DNA of 64,000 nucleotides. It comes from Octopus sinensis (lineage: Eukaryota). Shown here piece by piece: positions 26,461-41,685 of this stretch (the stretch's first letter is position 1; each line of letters opens with the position of its first letter). The position numbers were made by a program, and so were the translations under genes. The stretch is taken from assembly GCF_006345805.1 (NCBI RefSeq), contig NC_043006.1, positions 55,490,001 to 55,554,000 on the forward strand, in the 5' to 3' direction. Below the pieces are notes generated by a model. That model was not told where the DNA came from. It searched no databases and saw nothing but the letters and a program-made list of their open reading frames with translations.

Positions 26461-28171
26461 TAATGACTGTCATTATTTCAGAGAAAAAAGTTGCTTATTT
26501 TCTGTTTTTATGATTATATTTTCATTTTTATCGAAACATATTCATCCTTATCAATATCGTCTGTCATTTCGGATATTGTTTTTTTACATTTTGCCTTCTT
26601 GCTATTGTTCTTTTTCTTTTTCAGAAGTTTCAGTATTTTGAATTTATTCTTTATTACATATCATGCTTTTAAAAGGCTACATTAATCTAATGTATTTCTG
26701 AAAAATTTTCTCTCCAGGTTTATTATTTCTTTTCTGGTGAAGGAGATTCCTGCTTACGGTGATTTTTATTAATTGCTTTTGTGTTTAAAAGTACGTGGGC
26801 CAACATAAATTCGACCATCTCTCGAGTGTGAATATATCATATACAATGTTATGAAAGTAGCAGTTGCACTGTGATAGATAGTTGACAACACGTTGACAAA
26901 TTTTCTTTGTTAACATGGAAGTTGATATATTAATATTTTGTACGAAACGGAATAGTGGCCATATTAGTATACCGCTTTGAAGGGTTTCGTCGAAAAAATC
27001 GAACCCATCCGACTCCAAGTAATTATTTTTGTTTTTTTTTACTTATTCTAATTCTTTTTTTTTTACTTATTCTTAGGTCAAACCAATAAGTTACTGGACG
27101 TAAACAAACCAACAGTGGTTATCAAGTGATGGGAGAACAAACACAAAGACACATACAAGCGCACGCGCACACACATACACACGCAAATATATATGTATGT
27201 GTGTATGTATGTATGTATGTTGCATGCGTGTATACGGCAAATTTCCGCAGATTTCCCGCCAATCAGATTCACTAACATGACACTTGTCCGAAATGCCATG
27301 CAGTCGATCTGCATCCGAAACCATTTGGTTGTAATGAGTGTTCTTAACCACACACATATCACTTTGAATGATTAATTGCCTTTTACCGGGCGATGGGGTG
27401 GCAGAAGAATTAGAGCGTTCTAGTTGAGAGGAGTACTCTTCGGTATTTGATCCGTCTTTTTGTTTTGAGTTCAAAATTCCACCAACTTCAAGTTTTCCTT
27501 TTACTCTTCGCATGCCGTTGAAATAAATTTGTTGGGTCAGAATGAGAAACTAACTTCTTTCCTTAAATTTGCGGCTTTTTTGGGGGGGTTAGCTAGTAAC
27601 GATTATTAATTACTTTGTAATAACTTGAAGAAAAATGTAATATAAGGTAAAGGAATCAATTAATTTATAATTCTTTTATTGAACAATTCGCTAATATACT
27701 CTTTCAACCCGAGATTAGTTCGAAGTGCTTCATAATATTATGTTCCTTGTTTATTTATAGTTACATAGTTTGTATCAGTTCTTACTGAGTGTATGAATCT
27801 TATTATTACACCAAACGATATAGAACTGCTCCTACTATTTAGGTTTCCTTCCAATATATAAATATGGTGCTTCTGTTGTTATCTCTCACAATTTTGCCTT
27901 TCATACTTATTCAGTACTTACCCTATTCTATTTTAATAATTCCTCAGCGTTTCTCAGTTCGCTGTTCGTCTAAGTCCCTCTCTCTTCCCCTCTTTCACTC
28001 ACTCTCTCTCTATCTTTGCTTAATTGTATTTTGTTGACAATCAGCAATTTTCTATTATTTGAAGTTAGTCGCAGCACTCTTTTCTACTATAGCCCGCACG
28101 CTAAATCAGTTGTTTTGTCTTTTGCACTGCATAACTTGAGATCATTCCATACAGAGTTGATGTTGTTATCA

Positions 28172-28173
28172 AC

Positions 28174-28208
<35 letters not shown>

Positions 28209-28221
28209 CACCACCACCACC

Positions 28222-28286
<65 letters not shown>

Positions 28287-28310
28287 AACAACTAATGCTG
28301 ATACTACTAC
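28172..28310. repeat. Compound (ACT)n(ACC)n(ACT)n trinucleotide repeat
   Basis: Directly visible. Confidence 0.95.
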
Positions 28311-29389
28311 TTCTGGATGGCGGAGGAGGTGGAGAAGAAGACGAAAGGGAAGAGGAATAGAAGAAAGAATCTATGAAGATGACTTGCACCTGCTTGTTGA
28401 TCCCCACTTTGGCTCACCTCTCATCTATCTCTGTAGCAATGCAACCATATTCAAAAGTGCCTGTGATGTCGATCAAGTGTTGACTGTGTATACCATAATT
28501 ACACCAATGCCCTTTGACAAAGTTGAACATGAACTAACGTTCACAAATTGCAAAGCGTTGGCATAATATAAGTTTAGAAGTGTTGCTATTTGATTTTATG
28601 GAAGACTGAAGTGTAAGCATCAGCGACCAACGGATCCCTATCTGAGAAGTCTGTAGTAATAAGTAGAGTATCATAAGGCATCGATCTGAAGTCCATTTCC
28701 ATTTTTTATCTTGTTGTCAGATATAGGCAAACATCCTGTCTACAATACTGCAAAATAATACATCAATATGTGTCCGCCAACTTAGATATCATACACTGTT
28801 CAGTGCTACCAGTTACCATATTTTGCCGTACGCAATGGGACGACTGGGCGCATCTGTTTGGATGCTGGTGATTTGGCACGGCTCACCTAGACATTGAACC
28901 TATTTTGGCAGTACATTTTGGCACTGGAGTTAAACACGCATGCGCGCAAGCACACCCGCGCCCGCGCAAGCACACCCGCGCCCGCGCACAGAAATATGCA
29001 CATACGGATTGAAAGAGGGATAATGAGAGAGGAAGACACATTACAATTTATTAGATGAACACGATTGACATAAACACTTCCCCTCTCCTCATACACGTAA
29101 GTGAAATATACTCATACACACAGACAGAGAGAGAAGGAGAGGGAGGGAGAGAACGAGAGAAACATTGAAACGTCAAATACGTCAGCGTCGAATTAGGACA
29201 GACTTAAAACCCCAATGAAACCTTCAGATGAGTTCCTCAGAATATAATCGGTTGCCTTCAATCACAAGACACGTTAATCATTTACTTGTCGTTTATACCA
29301 ATTTAAAACTAATACGTTTTAATGAATGTTATACGTCTAGTTTACATTTTTCTCCACTTATTCGCACTTCACCTTACAGCAAGAAACTT

Positions 29390-29870
29390 ACAAACACTTT
29401 ATGCAACACAGAATTTGTTACAGAAAAACAAATAGATTTTCCTATCCAAATTTGTGAAATTAAATTCTGCTTATTTTGTACATTTATGAAGTTCAATATG
29501 TAACTTAATTTATTTCACGTGATATAGTGGACATACCAAAAAGCATATTCTAATTACTTATATATTTCTGTGGTAATCGAGAATAATATGAAACAGACAT
29601 GCTGGTGTAAATAACCCAGACAAATTCTGCTGTCTATGGATAGTAGACACCTATACAACACCGATGAACATAGCGAGAAAAACAACGATCGAACTTGCCT
29701 ACAAGTACTAATTTTATTGTAATGTAGGAGACCAATGTTTGGACATCAGATATTTGCTGTGCTTAATGCAATGCTAACAGCTTGGTTGAGTGGTAAAAGA
29801 AAACCTATGCCTTTTCACGTCCCCACGATTCGGTATAAGATCACGAAACCTTGTGATGACGTTAGCAATA
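29390..29870 (+). mobile_element. Chapaev(-3)-like DNA transposon 5' remnant
   Basis: Frameshifted peptides VNNPDKFC, ELAYKY*FYCNVGDQ, WTSDICC and LTAWLSGKRKPMPFHVPTI match the Cys-rich N-terminus of this transposase type (NPDxFCYxCG...YFG..GDQDK.WAPH.CC..C...W..GKR..MPF.VP). The superfamily label is from memory. Confidence 0.55.
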
Positions 29871-30304
29871 TCAGTAGCAAAAATAATCTTTAAAACACTG
29901 TATATTACGTTATTAGCCCTGAGAAGCAGATGAGAATCGTCTGTGATGGGTGTCGATGATTCGAGTCTGCTATGATCTCTGTGTGCCTTTATGTACCAAG
30001 CGCCTATGAGAGAAATTCTCTCAAGACTAATAACGCAGTATTTGGTGTTCTAAAAAGACTATAATGATTTTTATATTTCTATGATAAAGGTGGCTGATTC
30101 TTGTATATGGGATAAATTGCGATCAACTCCCCTATTGCCAACAAGACATAGAACCAGTGACACATGACGTAGTGAGCCAACTGATATTTCCGTCAACAAC
30201 AATAACAAACAACAGCTCGTCTTATGATGTAGTTTGTGATATTGAAACCGAAAGTTAACTCATGTTCCAGACGTAGATACTATATGTACACACAGACACA
30301 CACA

Positions 30305-31488
<1,184 letters not shown>

Positions 31489-31539
31489 TATATATAGTAT
31501 GCTGTAATGTACAGCATTTGCTTGCTTGTCAGAGTAAAT

Positions 31540-32025
31540 GACCACCTATCGGAATCGTTTAGGTTCATGCATTTGTTTCGTCAGAGGGATCTTCTGTCTC
31601 TCCGTTTGTACGTACTGACCCCTAGATCCACTGCTTCAGAAGCTAGAAGTTTTCCGCGTGAGCTAAGATACGTGAGATCTCTGTTTGGCTATGCGGACGA
31701 CGTTACCGTAATATGGGTAATATCAGGCACCGAATACATCGAGGTAATCGGCGTTATTCTAAAGGAAAACTAGGTGTCGACCAGAGCAAAAATTAACCAG
31801 GAAAATGCATTGTACCTATAGCTAAACGCATGGAGAGGCAGGCCAATGCCATCCAGTGGCATGATGAGACGCTGGACGGAAAGACCAGTTAAGTCGTTTG
31901 TACCATATCATCAGATGGACCAGAACTGAGACAGAGTGACGAGCAGAGTAGCTACTCTCACCCAGAAATGGGCCATGAGGAAATTATCCTTGAAGGATCG
32001 CGCGCAAGTGACGGACGACTACATT
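31540..32025 (+). pseudogene. Tx1/L1-like reverse transcriptase fragment
   Basis: GYADDVTV motif followed by AKINQEN..L.L.AWRG and ATLTQKWAMRKLSLKDRAQV. Confidence 0.75.
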
Positions 32026-32029
32026 GTCG

Positions 32030-33060
32030 CTGTCGTGCCTCTTGTCCCACTTCATGGCTGACCAGAATGGAACACTAGTTCCTCCGCATTCTGCTGAGGA
32101 GACATGTTCTACTGGTCGGATGCTCCATTTACTGTTAAAATCCGATGCCTGGTTGACTGAGCATACCGAGGCTGATGATGCGCCAACATGCGCTGAAGTG
32201 GTATCCGTAGCTCGTTTCTTTAATAGCGCTACTTTCCATGATCAAGCCTAGATCGGCTCAAGTCGACTGCTAGCATCAGTATCGTCAGGTGCTCACAGCC
32301 TTCTACCGGTCTGTAAATACTGTTGGTGGATGTTCCATCATAGAATTCTACAGAGGATAAGTGGTAGGTAAGAGGGACAGCGTCATTAGGGAAACTCTGA
32401 GAGTCGAAAATCAACTGGCTTGTCTGTTTTGTCTGGCTTTTCTGTTTTGGATGGGGCTCATGGATAATTTCTAGAAATCTCAGGCTTGGCAATCTAATCG
32501 GGAGACATTGCCAGTTCGAGATCTAATCTATAGGCTTGGCATAGTAGTGCCGTCAGCCGCACCTTTCCGAGATTCTACACACACTCGAGTACTGCCCGAA
32601 CATTGTTGACTTATGGAGTTATTTTGAACAGCTGCTATCGCGTGCAGGACGGATCCGTCTATCAGTTGAGCCTCTCGTGAAGATGCACCCTTACCTTCCT
32701 TTGGTTGGGAAGGACATCAGTTGTCCTCTTCCAAGAGGCTCTGGTGAAATGGTTGTATGGTAGACGAGACTGAAAGGATACTTTCTTTATTGACCAAGTC
32801 TTCATCGACTTCTCAAAGTACCACTTGGAAAACAAAGCGAGGGTTGAGTGTGGCGATGCCTGCTTCCAATGAATTTATAAGAAGATGAACGAATGTAGTT
32901 AGAATGGCCCGAGGGAATGAGCGTGTACTAAGCATGTGTCTGTAGGCCGATAGTATTCCTGGTGATCAAGATGACTCGGGGTTTGTGTGATTTCTTGGTT
33001 GCTTCTTGGTAGTATTTCCCCTGCATTAGAGATTTTCTATTGTTTTGACCTTGTCGACAC
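32030..33060 (-). mobile_element. Probable LINE ORF1-like remnant, opposite orientation to the adjacent RT
   Basis: Higher-GC, degraded coding-like sequence open mainly on the minus strand; no decisive motif. Confidence 0.3.
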
Positions 33061-33164
33061 CTTTATTGGTTTTGATAACAGTGTTATCACTGGCATTTTA
33101 CTCGATGTTATGTAAATATCCACTGTCATTATTGTATTGTCCTTTATATTTTAAAATAAAATAA

Positions 33165-33410
33165 ATGCGCCCTTTTAAAGCCTAGCCAGGCTCAAGGGCC
33201 CGGTTTCCCTGTTTCAATAGCGTATGTGTTGCCCAGCTGGACGGGACAGCAGTCCATCGCAGCGTTACTCATTTTTGCCAGCTGAGTGGACTGGAGCAAC
33301 GTGAAATGAAGTGTTTTGCCCAAGAAAACAATGCGTCGCCCAGTCCAGGAATCGAAACCACAATCTTACGATCATGATGCTGACACCCTAACCACTAAGC
33401 CACGCGCCTT
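33165..33410 (-). mobile_element. tRNA/CORE-like SINE (family B head, alternative tail)
   Basis: Same head and core as 17705-18010; the tail (GAAACAGGGAAACCGGGCCCTTGAGCC) resembles that of the 46219 copy. Confidence 0.85.
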
Positions 33411-33859
33411 CCCCATTTATGTTTTCAGCGATAAAGAAATGACCACCGGCACCACCACCACCTCCACCACCACCACCACCACTACCACCACCAAGTTTAG
33501 TGGCATTTCTTCCGACTTTACATTCTGAGTTCAAATTCCGCCGACTTTGTCATTCATCCTTTCAGGGTCGATAAAATAAAGTATCAGTGGAACACTGGGA
33601 TCAATATAATCGACTAGGCTCCTTTCCCCAATTTTTTTTTAATCCTCCTTCCTATGTTAGGGAGATTTATTATTATTATTTATTATTAACTGCTTGCGTT
33701 TCGGAAATGATGGAATATAAAAATAAGAACTAAATGAAATTTTGCATTGAATTCTCATAGCCAATCAATATGGCTAAGGAAAACAAAATAAACCTTCGAA
33801 GCACAGAAACATCGTAATAAAATAAGTATGAACCTTGTTTATAAGACAAGATAGCATTT

Positions 33860-34120
33860 CCTTTCATTTATTTTCTAAACCATTTCTAAACTATAAATCA
33901 TTCTGTAAATACCTCCGGACAGTTATAAATTCTTACTCCATTTGTGTCTTAAGAGTGGCTTTTCTTATAACAGCAAGGTTGTTAATTTAAGACAAAAACA
34001 AAATAAACTAATTAGTAAACAAGAATGTAAAATCGAACTTCTAGAGGTAAGATTGAAATTAGAAACGTATAGCAATAACTTCTCAAACATTTATAAAAGA
34101 GTTACATTCTCAGGAACGGC
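33860..34120 (+). pseudogene. hAT transposase C-terminal dimerisation-domain remnant
   Basis: CLKSGFS...KQNKL...LEVRLKL resembles the hAT motif YLCESGFS...K.RN.L...DLRL. Confidence 0.45.
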
Positions 34121-35238
34121 TTGAGAAAGAAGATATCAGACAGAGAATAATTAGGTAGTACACCTTTCGGCAAAGTATCTTAAAAATATGTCAGCACAGT
34201 CAGAGATGTGTGGTTTACAAGTTTCCTACGCAAACAATGTATGGATGATTAATAGCCTATATTAACTGAGCCTGTTGTAGCCTTGGTCGGCTCTGATGGA
34301 GTAGAACCATGAATATTCTGATTTTCTTTTTCATGAATAGTATAATTAGAAATATTTGATCATTTTCCCCAGAGTATGACTTTAAACAACATCCAATAGT
34401 GGAATCTTGGTTCAGGAGTTCCAGCGTTTTGAGAAGTGAGGAATCAGTTCGTGACCGTTATTATTTCCAGTTCTATTCTGACATGCAGCAATAGCACTTG
34501 TTTGGGTCCCAGTTGTAGGTTAAGTAGTATGGTAGGGAAGAAACTTCAAGCGAAAACCCTCACTGTGTTATGAATGCCTTGGTAAAGGAATAGGCTTGGG
34601 GTGTCAGCCTCGATAGGAAATAAAGGAGCAGAGACCCTCAGGCGGTCCGGCGCCCTCTTTGATACTCTTTCGGCAACTTCAGAGTAAGAGTATCTCTGAA
34701 GCCCTGCAAGACAATTCACTTAATAAAAGGTTAATGTAAAACCTACAACTTACTGGTCGCTGCCCCCGTCTTAGCTTGCTGAGCCACTCTGGCCAGACTT
34801 CCAATTCTAAAGAGTGGGATCAGATTGCGCGGTGTGACACTCACCTTAAAACTACTAAGCGTAGACAGGAAGGAAAACCCTGCAGCGATGGAGGAAAGAC
34901 GAAAACGACAGGTACTGGATGATACTGCAAATAGTAGCCTCTACTCTGCATGCAGGTAGCCAGTTTTCCATGTGATCTTCGGACACGAAGAACTGTCGTC
35001 GTTATCATTCAACCATTATTCAATCTACCAGTTCATTTTCCTATTTAAAAAGACAGTAACAAATTATTTAAGGAAGATTTGGTTGATATTTATGAATGTC
35101 AAGTGATTGCTTAGAGGCTTCTTTCTTGGCACGTGTATAGTATGAGATAGTCTTTAGTTGTATATCTCTTCAGCTCTCGCTGTGGCAGCTGCTAATTTTC
35201 TTAGTTGTTGTATCAGCAGGCCGAACTACCATGGAGAG

Positions 35239-35502
35239 CAGTGCTTTGCAAAGTGGGTAGTGGAAAAATTCAGTGGGGCGATAATGGGGTGGCCAAAAGG
35301 GGGTGATTGGTAAAAAAAAGACCCCAAAACAATGGGTTAATTAGGTTGAGTTTTATATATGAGATTCAATTGTTTCGAATTTTTTGCAGAAAGTGGTCTA
35401 TGGTTGTGGGAGTGAGTTGGTGGTGATAGTGGTAATGGTGGGTCGCAACGGATGGGGCCCAGGTGCCAAGAGGGCGGCAGCTTGAAAATGTTTGAGAACC
35501 AC
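35239..35502. mobile_element. hAT-type MITE
   Basis: Ends CAGTGCTTTGCAAAGT and ATGTTTGAGAACCACGG resemble CAGTGGTTCTCAAA TIRs. Confidence 0.45.
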
Positions 35503-35953
35503 GGGTGTTGAGCTTCTCTATACAGGTTTTTAGTTTAGGGAGAAGTGGTATTTACCACAAAACTTTCTGATGGCATTTTCATTTTCGGCGTGTAACAAAT
35601 CCTTAAATGCACAAGTGGTAAGGGTCTGGTTGTAGGACAGGGCCACAGAGTCGAATATCTCTTTACTCGAGCCCAACATTACTGATATTTACCCTATTTA
35701 CTGTGATTCCATCATCTGATCCTTATCCAAGGGACGTAACCAATGAATATACGTTCCAATCTGAATATTTTTCCACGAGTTTCTTTTCCTTCCAGCTTTT
35801 CTGCGACACATGCAAACTTGGCGTGATATATTATGACTTCCAGTGACATATGTTAGTGTCTTCTTTCCCCACTAGCCTCTCTGATTAGTGCCGAGGTTGA
35901 TTTACCTAAATCTTGAGCTTGGTATTATCGGATAAAGGATAAAACGTGTCTAC

Positions 35954-36003
<50 letters not shown>

Positions 36004-36085
36004 ATATATATATATATACGTATGTATGTCTGTATGTATGTATAAATATATATATTTTTACACACACGCACACACACACCCACAT

Positions 36086-37293
36086 ATACGGTGGGTAAAT
36101 TATCGCCATTTTATATTTTTAATTTTGCGCATTGTTTGTTTTTGATTTTGTTAACTACACATTATAGTAGGGTCAGTCGTGTACCGTCTGTGAGAAAAAC
36201 AGCACCATGTTACAGTTTACCCTGCCAGTAATTTGTAAACGTCATGCTGTACTGCTTGGCATTCGCACTGAAAACTCCAATACAAACATTTCAAAGAGTT
36301 TGGATGTCAATCTGAGGACAGTGCAGAGGCTTCAGCAAGAGTTGGATAGTCTTATGGTGATTGCGAAGGTACAGCAGCTGGGAAAACTCACTCTGATCTT
36401 TCTGGTAAAAAAAAAGAACTCCTGAATTTGTTGGTGAGATCCAGGCCATGTTTGACAACGATCCCTCCAAACCAATCAGGTCCATCGCTAGGGATATGGA
36501 AGTATTTTACTTTCTTATCAGGCAGGTAGTGCATGAAGACATTCGGTATTCCTCATACAAGATGACAAAGGGCCAATTTTTATCCCAAGTCATCAAGGAC
36601 AAGAAGAAAGACCTCGTTACGAAGCTTTTGAAAAAATCCAAACAACCCCTCCAACCGAAGATGCTTTTGTTTTCCGCAGACGAGAAAAATTCCAGCCAGG
36701 ATCAGATACTGAACACACTGAACAACTGTTGGCTTGCCGTGTCCATAAAACATGTACCGAAAGGGATAAAAATCAAACATCCAGTCATCAACACGGTGTT
36801 TGAAGTGGTAACTAGTGATGGCGACATTATGCCTCCATTCATCTTCCGACACATCCTCAGACTCAACACGGAGGCCTACATCAAGTGCCTGGAGGAGGTA
36901 GAACTGCCCTGGGTTAAAAGGGTGGCTGCTGGATGACCCTATGTCTGGCGACAGGAATCTGCATATGCCACAAAAGCAGGAGAACGCAGTCATGGATGAC
37001 AGACAATGTTTGCGACCACGCCACACCTAACATCTAGCCACCTAACTCCACAGACTGCAACCCGCTTGATTATTATGTGTGGGACACAGTTGAGCGAGAG
37101 ACCAACAAAACTCCTTGTAACAGCAAAGTTGAACCGAAGGCAAGGATTATGGCAGCATCGACTAACTTAAACAAGGAGACCGTCCAGAAGATTTGCAGGA
37201 GATTCTGAAGTCATATTCTTATGTAATTTTGGTAAATATAACTTTTTTATTTTCATTTGTGCGTAATTTAGAAAATAATTTATTCACCGCATC
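36086..37293 (+). mobile_element. maT/DD37D-like Tc1-mariner, decayed
   Basis: ORF 36448-36936 (DPSKPIRSIARDM...FSADEKN...KHPV..VFEVVTSDGDIMPPFIF...YIKCLEEV.LPWVKRVA), then PPNSTDCNPLDYYVW; TIR-like ends GGTGGGTAAATTAT and ATAATTTATTCACC. Confidence 0.85.
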
Positions 37294-37294
37294 G

Positions 37295-37352
<58 letters not shown>

Positions 37353-37359
<7 letters not shown>

Positions 37360-38274
37360 TGCCCCCCACAAAAAAAAAAACAAAACAGAACCCATAAAAC
37401 TTGTATTAAATCCTACAAAGTTCCAGCAAATTCCTTGAAATTTGTTGGACTCCGGTCTGTGTACGATCATGTCCTTTGCATAAAAGTCATGTTATTTTCA
37501 AAATATATTCCAAATGACCTCCGCGGCGTTGGAGGCACACTTATATACGTCGCGCAAAATTGACAATTACTCGAACACATTTCTCTTTAGGGATTTCCCT
37601 GATTTCTGTTGAGATTGCTGCCTTCTGTTCACCAATCGTTTGAGGGTTCTGGTAAACATCATCCTTGAGATACCCCAACAGATAAAAATCTGGGTGGGTT
37701 TAAGTCCTGTGAAGCGGTGCCCACATAACGTCACACTTCCTGCTGATGAATCTCTCCTGAAATCATTCACTTAGCCACGCTAGGGAGTTATTTGATACGT
37801 GATGAAATGGCCCTGTCTTGTGGGAACCAGTGTTCATCTCAATCTATTCCTCTGCGTCGTCCTAGTAGTGCCTAAAACCTCCTCAGCACTGCTACATAGC
37901 GCTCCGTATTCAACGTTTGAGCTCTCTCATTTTTGTCTTTGAAACAATATGGGCCGATGATGCCATGTTTAGAGACTGCTACCCATGCTGTGCACTTTGT
38001 TGAGTGCAACGACCTCTGAAACACTTCTTCCGGTGCTCCAATAAACATTATTTTTGCTGTTTACATTTCCTGACAGTCAAAAATGCGCTTCGTCATAGAA
38101 ACAAGCAGGCATCCAGGTAAAATGTCTTTTCTTTGGTTGACCAAGACATGTTGGGGTAGACTATTGTTCCAATCTTCCATGCACAAATTCGACTTCTATA
38201 CCCTGAAAAAGAATAGAAGAAAAATAAAAATTAACAGTTTTATTCAAAGATTTTGGGTTCTGATTTTTGGAGCC

Positions 38275-38281
<7 letters not shown>
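37353..38281 (-). mobile_element. Tc1-mariner (rosa/DD41D-like), internally deleted, TA-flanked
   Basis: TIRs TATGGTGCCCCCCA...CAGAACCCA and TGGGTTCTGATTTTTGGAGCCACCTTATA; minus-strand PPRFLSVGYLKDDVYQNPQTIGEQKAAIS region. Confidence 0.7.
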
Positions 38282-38590
<309 letters not shown>

Positions 38591-39161
38591 CAGACACACT
38601 CAGGTATATACGTAAGTGTTATGTTTCTTGAATTTGTGTTCGTATGCACGAAGTTGCATATAGTGCTACTATTCTGCGGGGATATAGAAGATTGTGTAAT
38701 CGTTCTATAGCTCATAATTTATTAACCTCTCATTTTGTCTCTTGATTTTGATTTTCTTTTTTTATTTCTTTTATGTATAGAAACACCAACAGGCCTGCTG
38801 TTAAAAAAAAACTTATTCTTGTTAGAATATTCATAGATGTTTTAAGAACGATGTGTAACTATTAACTGGTACGAGAATGATCGATACATATAAATGGAAG
38901 ATGTCTGAATTGATTAATAGATAAAGTGATGCTCGAACTTGTTTATGTAATGTACGGTGTACGAGTGATTGTCGCTAAGTGTTAAAAAGATATGTGCGTA
39001 GGTGTATGTGTTTGGAAATACATGATTATTCATGAATCACTATCTGTACATTTATATTTGTATTTAAATATCTCTTTGTAAATGTATGTAGGTAGGTATG
39101 TATGTATTTATGGATGACTGTATGTATGCAGCTATCTATCTATTTATCTATCTATCTATCA

Positions 39162-39259
<98 letters not shown>

Positions 39260-39559
39260 ATACATAAGGTAATATTTATCCCCACTTAAAAGTGGATGTT
39301 GTGTTAGAACACAAAATATTGTGGACTTGTAGTGCATGTAAACACTCATGTTTATATTGCTAGCGGGAGATAATCGCCTGCTGTTGCCATTGCCTGTTAT
39401 CTGCCAGATGGTGTGATTCCGGCCTTCCTTAGACTTCTTAATAACAGACGCCATTAGTTAGGCGTAGCAACGATTCCCCCGTCAGTTATGTACATGGAAT
39501 CTATGTCTATTCAGGCACAGGTGTTGCAAGTAGCCATTGGGGATAAATAAGCCAGGCTA

Positions 39560-41285
39560 AATTAAATAATATAAGCAACAACCTCTGCAGTCACAGAAGA
39601 AAGTGCATATTCCTACAGATCCATTCAATTAGGAGTATCAAAACTCAGACAAATTACTTGGAAAACAAATATCCAGAAAAACGATAGAAAATAAAAGAAA
39701 GGATCTATCAATCTTTAATGAAATTAGAAACAAAACAAAATTAAAGAACAGAAAAGAAAGAAAAATACTGCAGGAATAGAAAATAGCGAAAAAAGATATA
39801 CCTGAAATATAAGAAGATTTAGAACAAGAATTCCTAGCTAAAGCTCGAAGAGTAGATAAAGACAAAATTAGAGAACTAGACGAAATCCAGACATATAAAT
39901 ATTTAGGGACCAATGAAAAAGATAGTGTATAAAATGCACAAACGACAGAAAAGATAAGGTAGGAATATTATATTATAGATGAATTAAATTAATACTTAAA
40001 ATAACTAAATGTAAAATATAAAAAAAACATAACATAATATTTTAGCTGTCTCAGTTCTAAGTTACAGTTACAATATTTTTAACTGGACGTTAAATGAACT
40101 AGCCAAGGAAACCAAGAAAAGTAATGACTGTATTTAGAATACACTACACAAAATGTGACACAGAAAGGTTATATAAACAACGAAACGAAAGCGGTAGAGG
40201 CCTTATACAACTAGAAAACTACTATAAATTATCCACCATGGGATTACAGAAATATCTAACTCAGAACCAAAGAAAACTGGTATAGATATCCACAAAGCAG
40301 GAGCAAAGCAAAGATCTGATTTCTGTCTTCAAGGAAGCTGAAAAATAGAAGAGATCATAATATAACAAATATGAGAAATATAAAGAAAACAGCGAAAACT
40401 GTAAAGCAGCTAAAATCTAAGCAAAAGCTGGAACTATGAAAAAGTTCTGATAAAATGATGGCATGAAAAGCCCTTACATGGCAAACACTGGCAAAAAGGT
40501 AAACAGTAAATAGAGAAAGTTAAATCCTAATACTGTTTTAGAAGCGGAGGAATCAAAGCAGAGACTGAAAAGGTTCTTTACTGCAGCAATTGATGAAAGC
40601 CTCCCCACCAGAAAACCCCTAAAACATATTATTGAAGCAAGAATACAATAAGTAACAGCAGTATATGTATTGATGGGGAAGAAATAATAAATATGGTTGC
40701 CCAGTCTTGGCTAAGAAGGAATATATCTTAAAACATGATAGAGTTGGGACTTATATGCACTGGAGGTTACGCCAGCATCACGGAGTGACAACAGAAAAAC
40801 ATGGTATAGGTATGACTTTACCCACAGATGAGGAAATCAAGGTTGGTCGGGCGGATATTGCTGTCAAGGATCAACAAGAAAAGAAGCCTTCTAATCGATA
40901 TATTAGTTCAACAGCAGATAACAATATATGTCTAAAAGAAATACAAAGATCAGGAAATAGAGATAACGCGAATGTAGAACCCGAAGACAGAAACATTCCC
41001 TACTAAAGTAAGAGGTTCTTTAAGCAAAGTAAAAAAAAAAAAAACGAAAGAAAAACATGCAAACAAGTACTTAACCAAAACACCAGATTTTAGGAATATA
41101 TATAACACAGAAAATAGCACCACTAGGCACCGCTCACATTCTACGTAGAGCACTTTCAATTCGGTAAAAATAACATCACCAAAACAAACCACCGCATGTA
41201 TCCAAGGCACACAGAACTGCGCTCAATAGTGCACTGAAAACACGTAATAAAACTAAGACTACTTAATAATAATAATAATAATCCT
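39560..41285 (+). mobile_element. R4/Dong-like RLE LINE, 5'-truncated, 3' end at (AAT)n
   Basis: IRELDEIQTYKYLG (RT C-terminal part); AKKEYILKHDRVGTYMHW and PTDEEIKVGRADIAVKDQQEKK (RLE region); 3' UTR ends AAGACTACTTAATAATAAT. Confidence 0.8.
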
Positions 41286-41685
41286 TTCAGCTATAGGTAT
41301 AAGGCCTGAAATTTTGTGGGCAAGAGGATAGCCACTTGTACCAGCCCCAATCGTCTACTGGTACTTATTTCATCGACCCCAAAAAGTAGAAAGCAAAGTC
41401 GACCTCGGCGTAATTTGAATTCAGAACGTAGCGGCAGACGAAATACCTACTATTTTACTATCCACTAGGGGCTAAACACAGAGAGGACAAACAAGGACAG
41501 ACAAACGGATTAAGTCGATTAGATAGGCTCCAGTACGTAACTGGTACTTATTTAATCGACACCGAAAGGATGAAAGGCACAGTCGACCTCGGCGGAATTT
41601 GAACTCAGAACGTAGCGGCAGACGAAATACCGTTAAGCATTTTGTCCGGAGTGCTAACGATTCTGCTGGCGTGCCGTCTTTAGAA
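41285..41685 (-). mobile_element. Two tandem copies of tRNA-derived SINE (family C)
   Basis: ACTGGTACTTATTT.ATCGAC...AGTCGACCTCGGCG.AATTTGAA.TCAGAACGTAGCGGCAGACGAAATACC occurs twice. Further copies at about 27375, 33495, 53750, 58205 and 60420. Confidence 0.85.

Noticed and set aside
28760-28890. Possible small minus-strand exon
   Set aside because: No polypyrimidine tract at the acceptor and no recognisable peptide.
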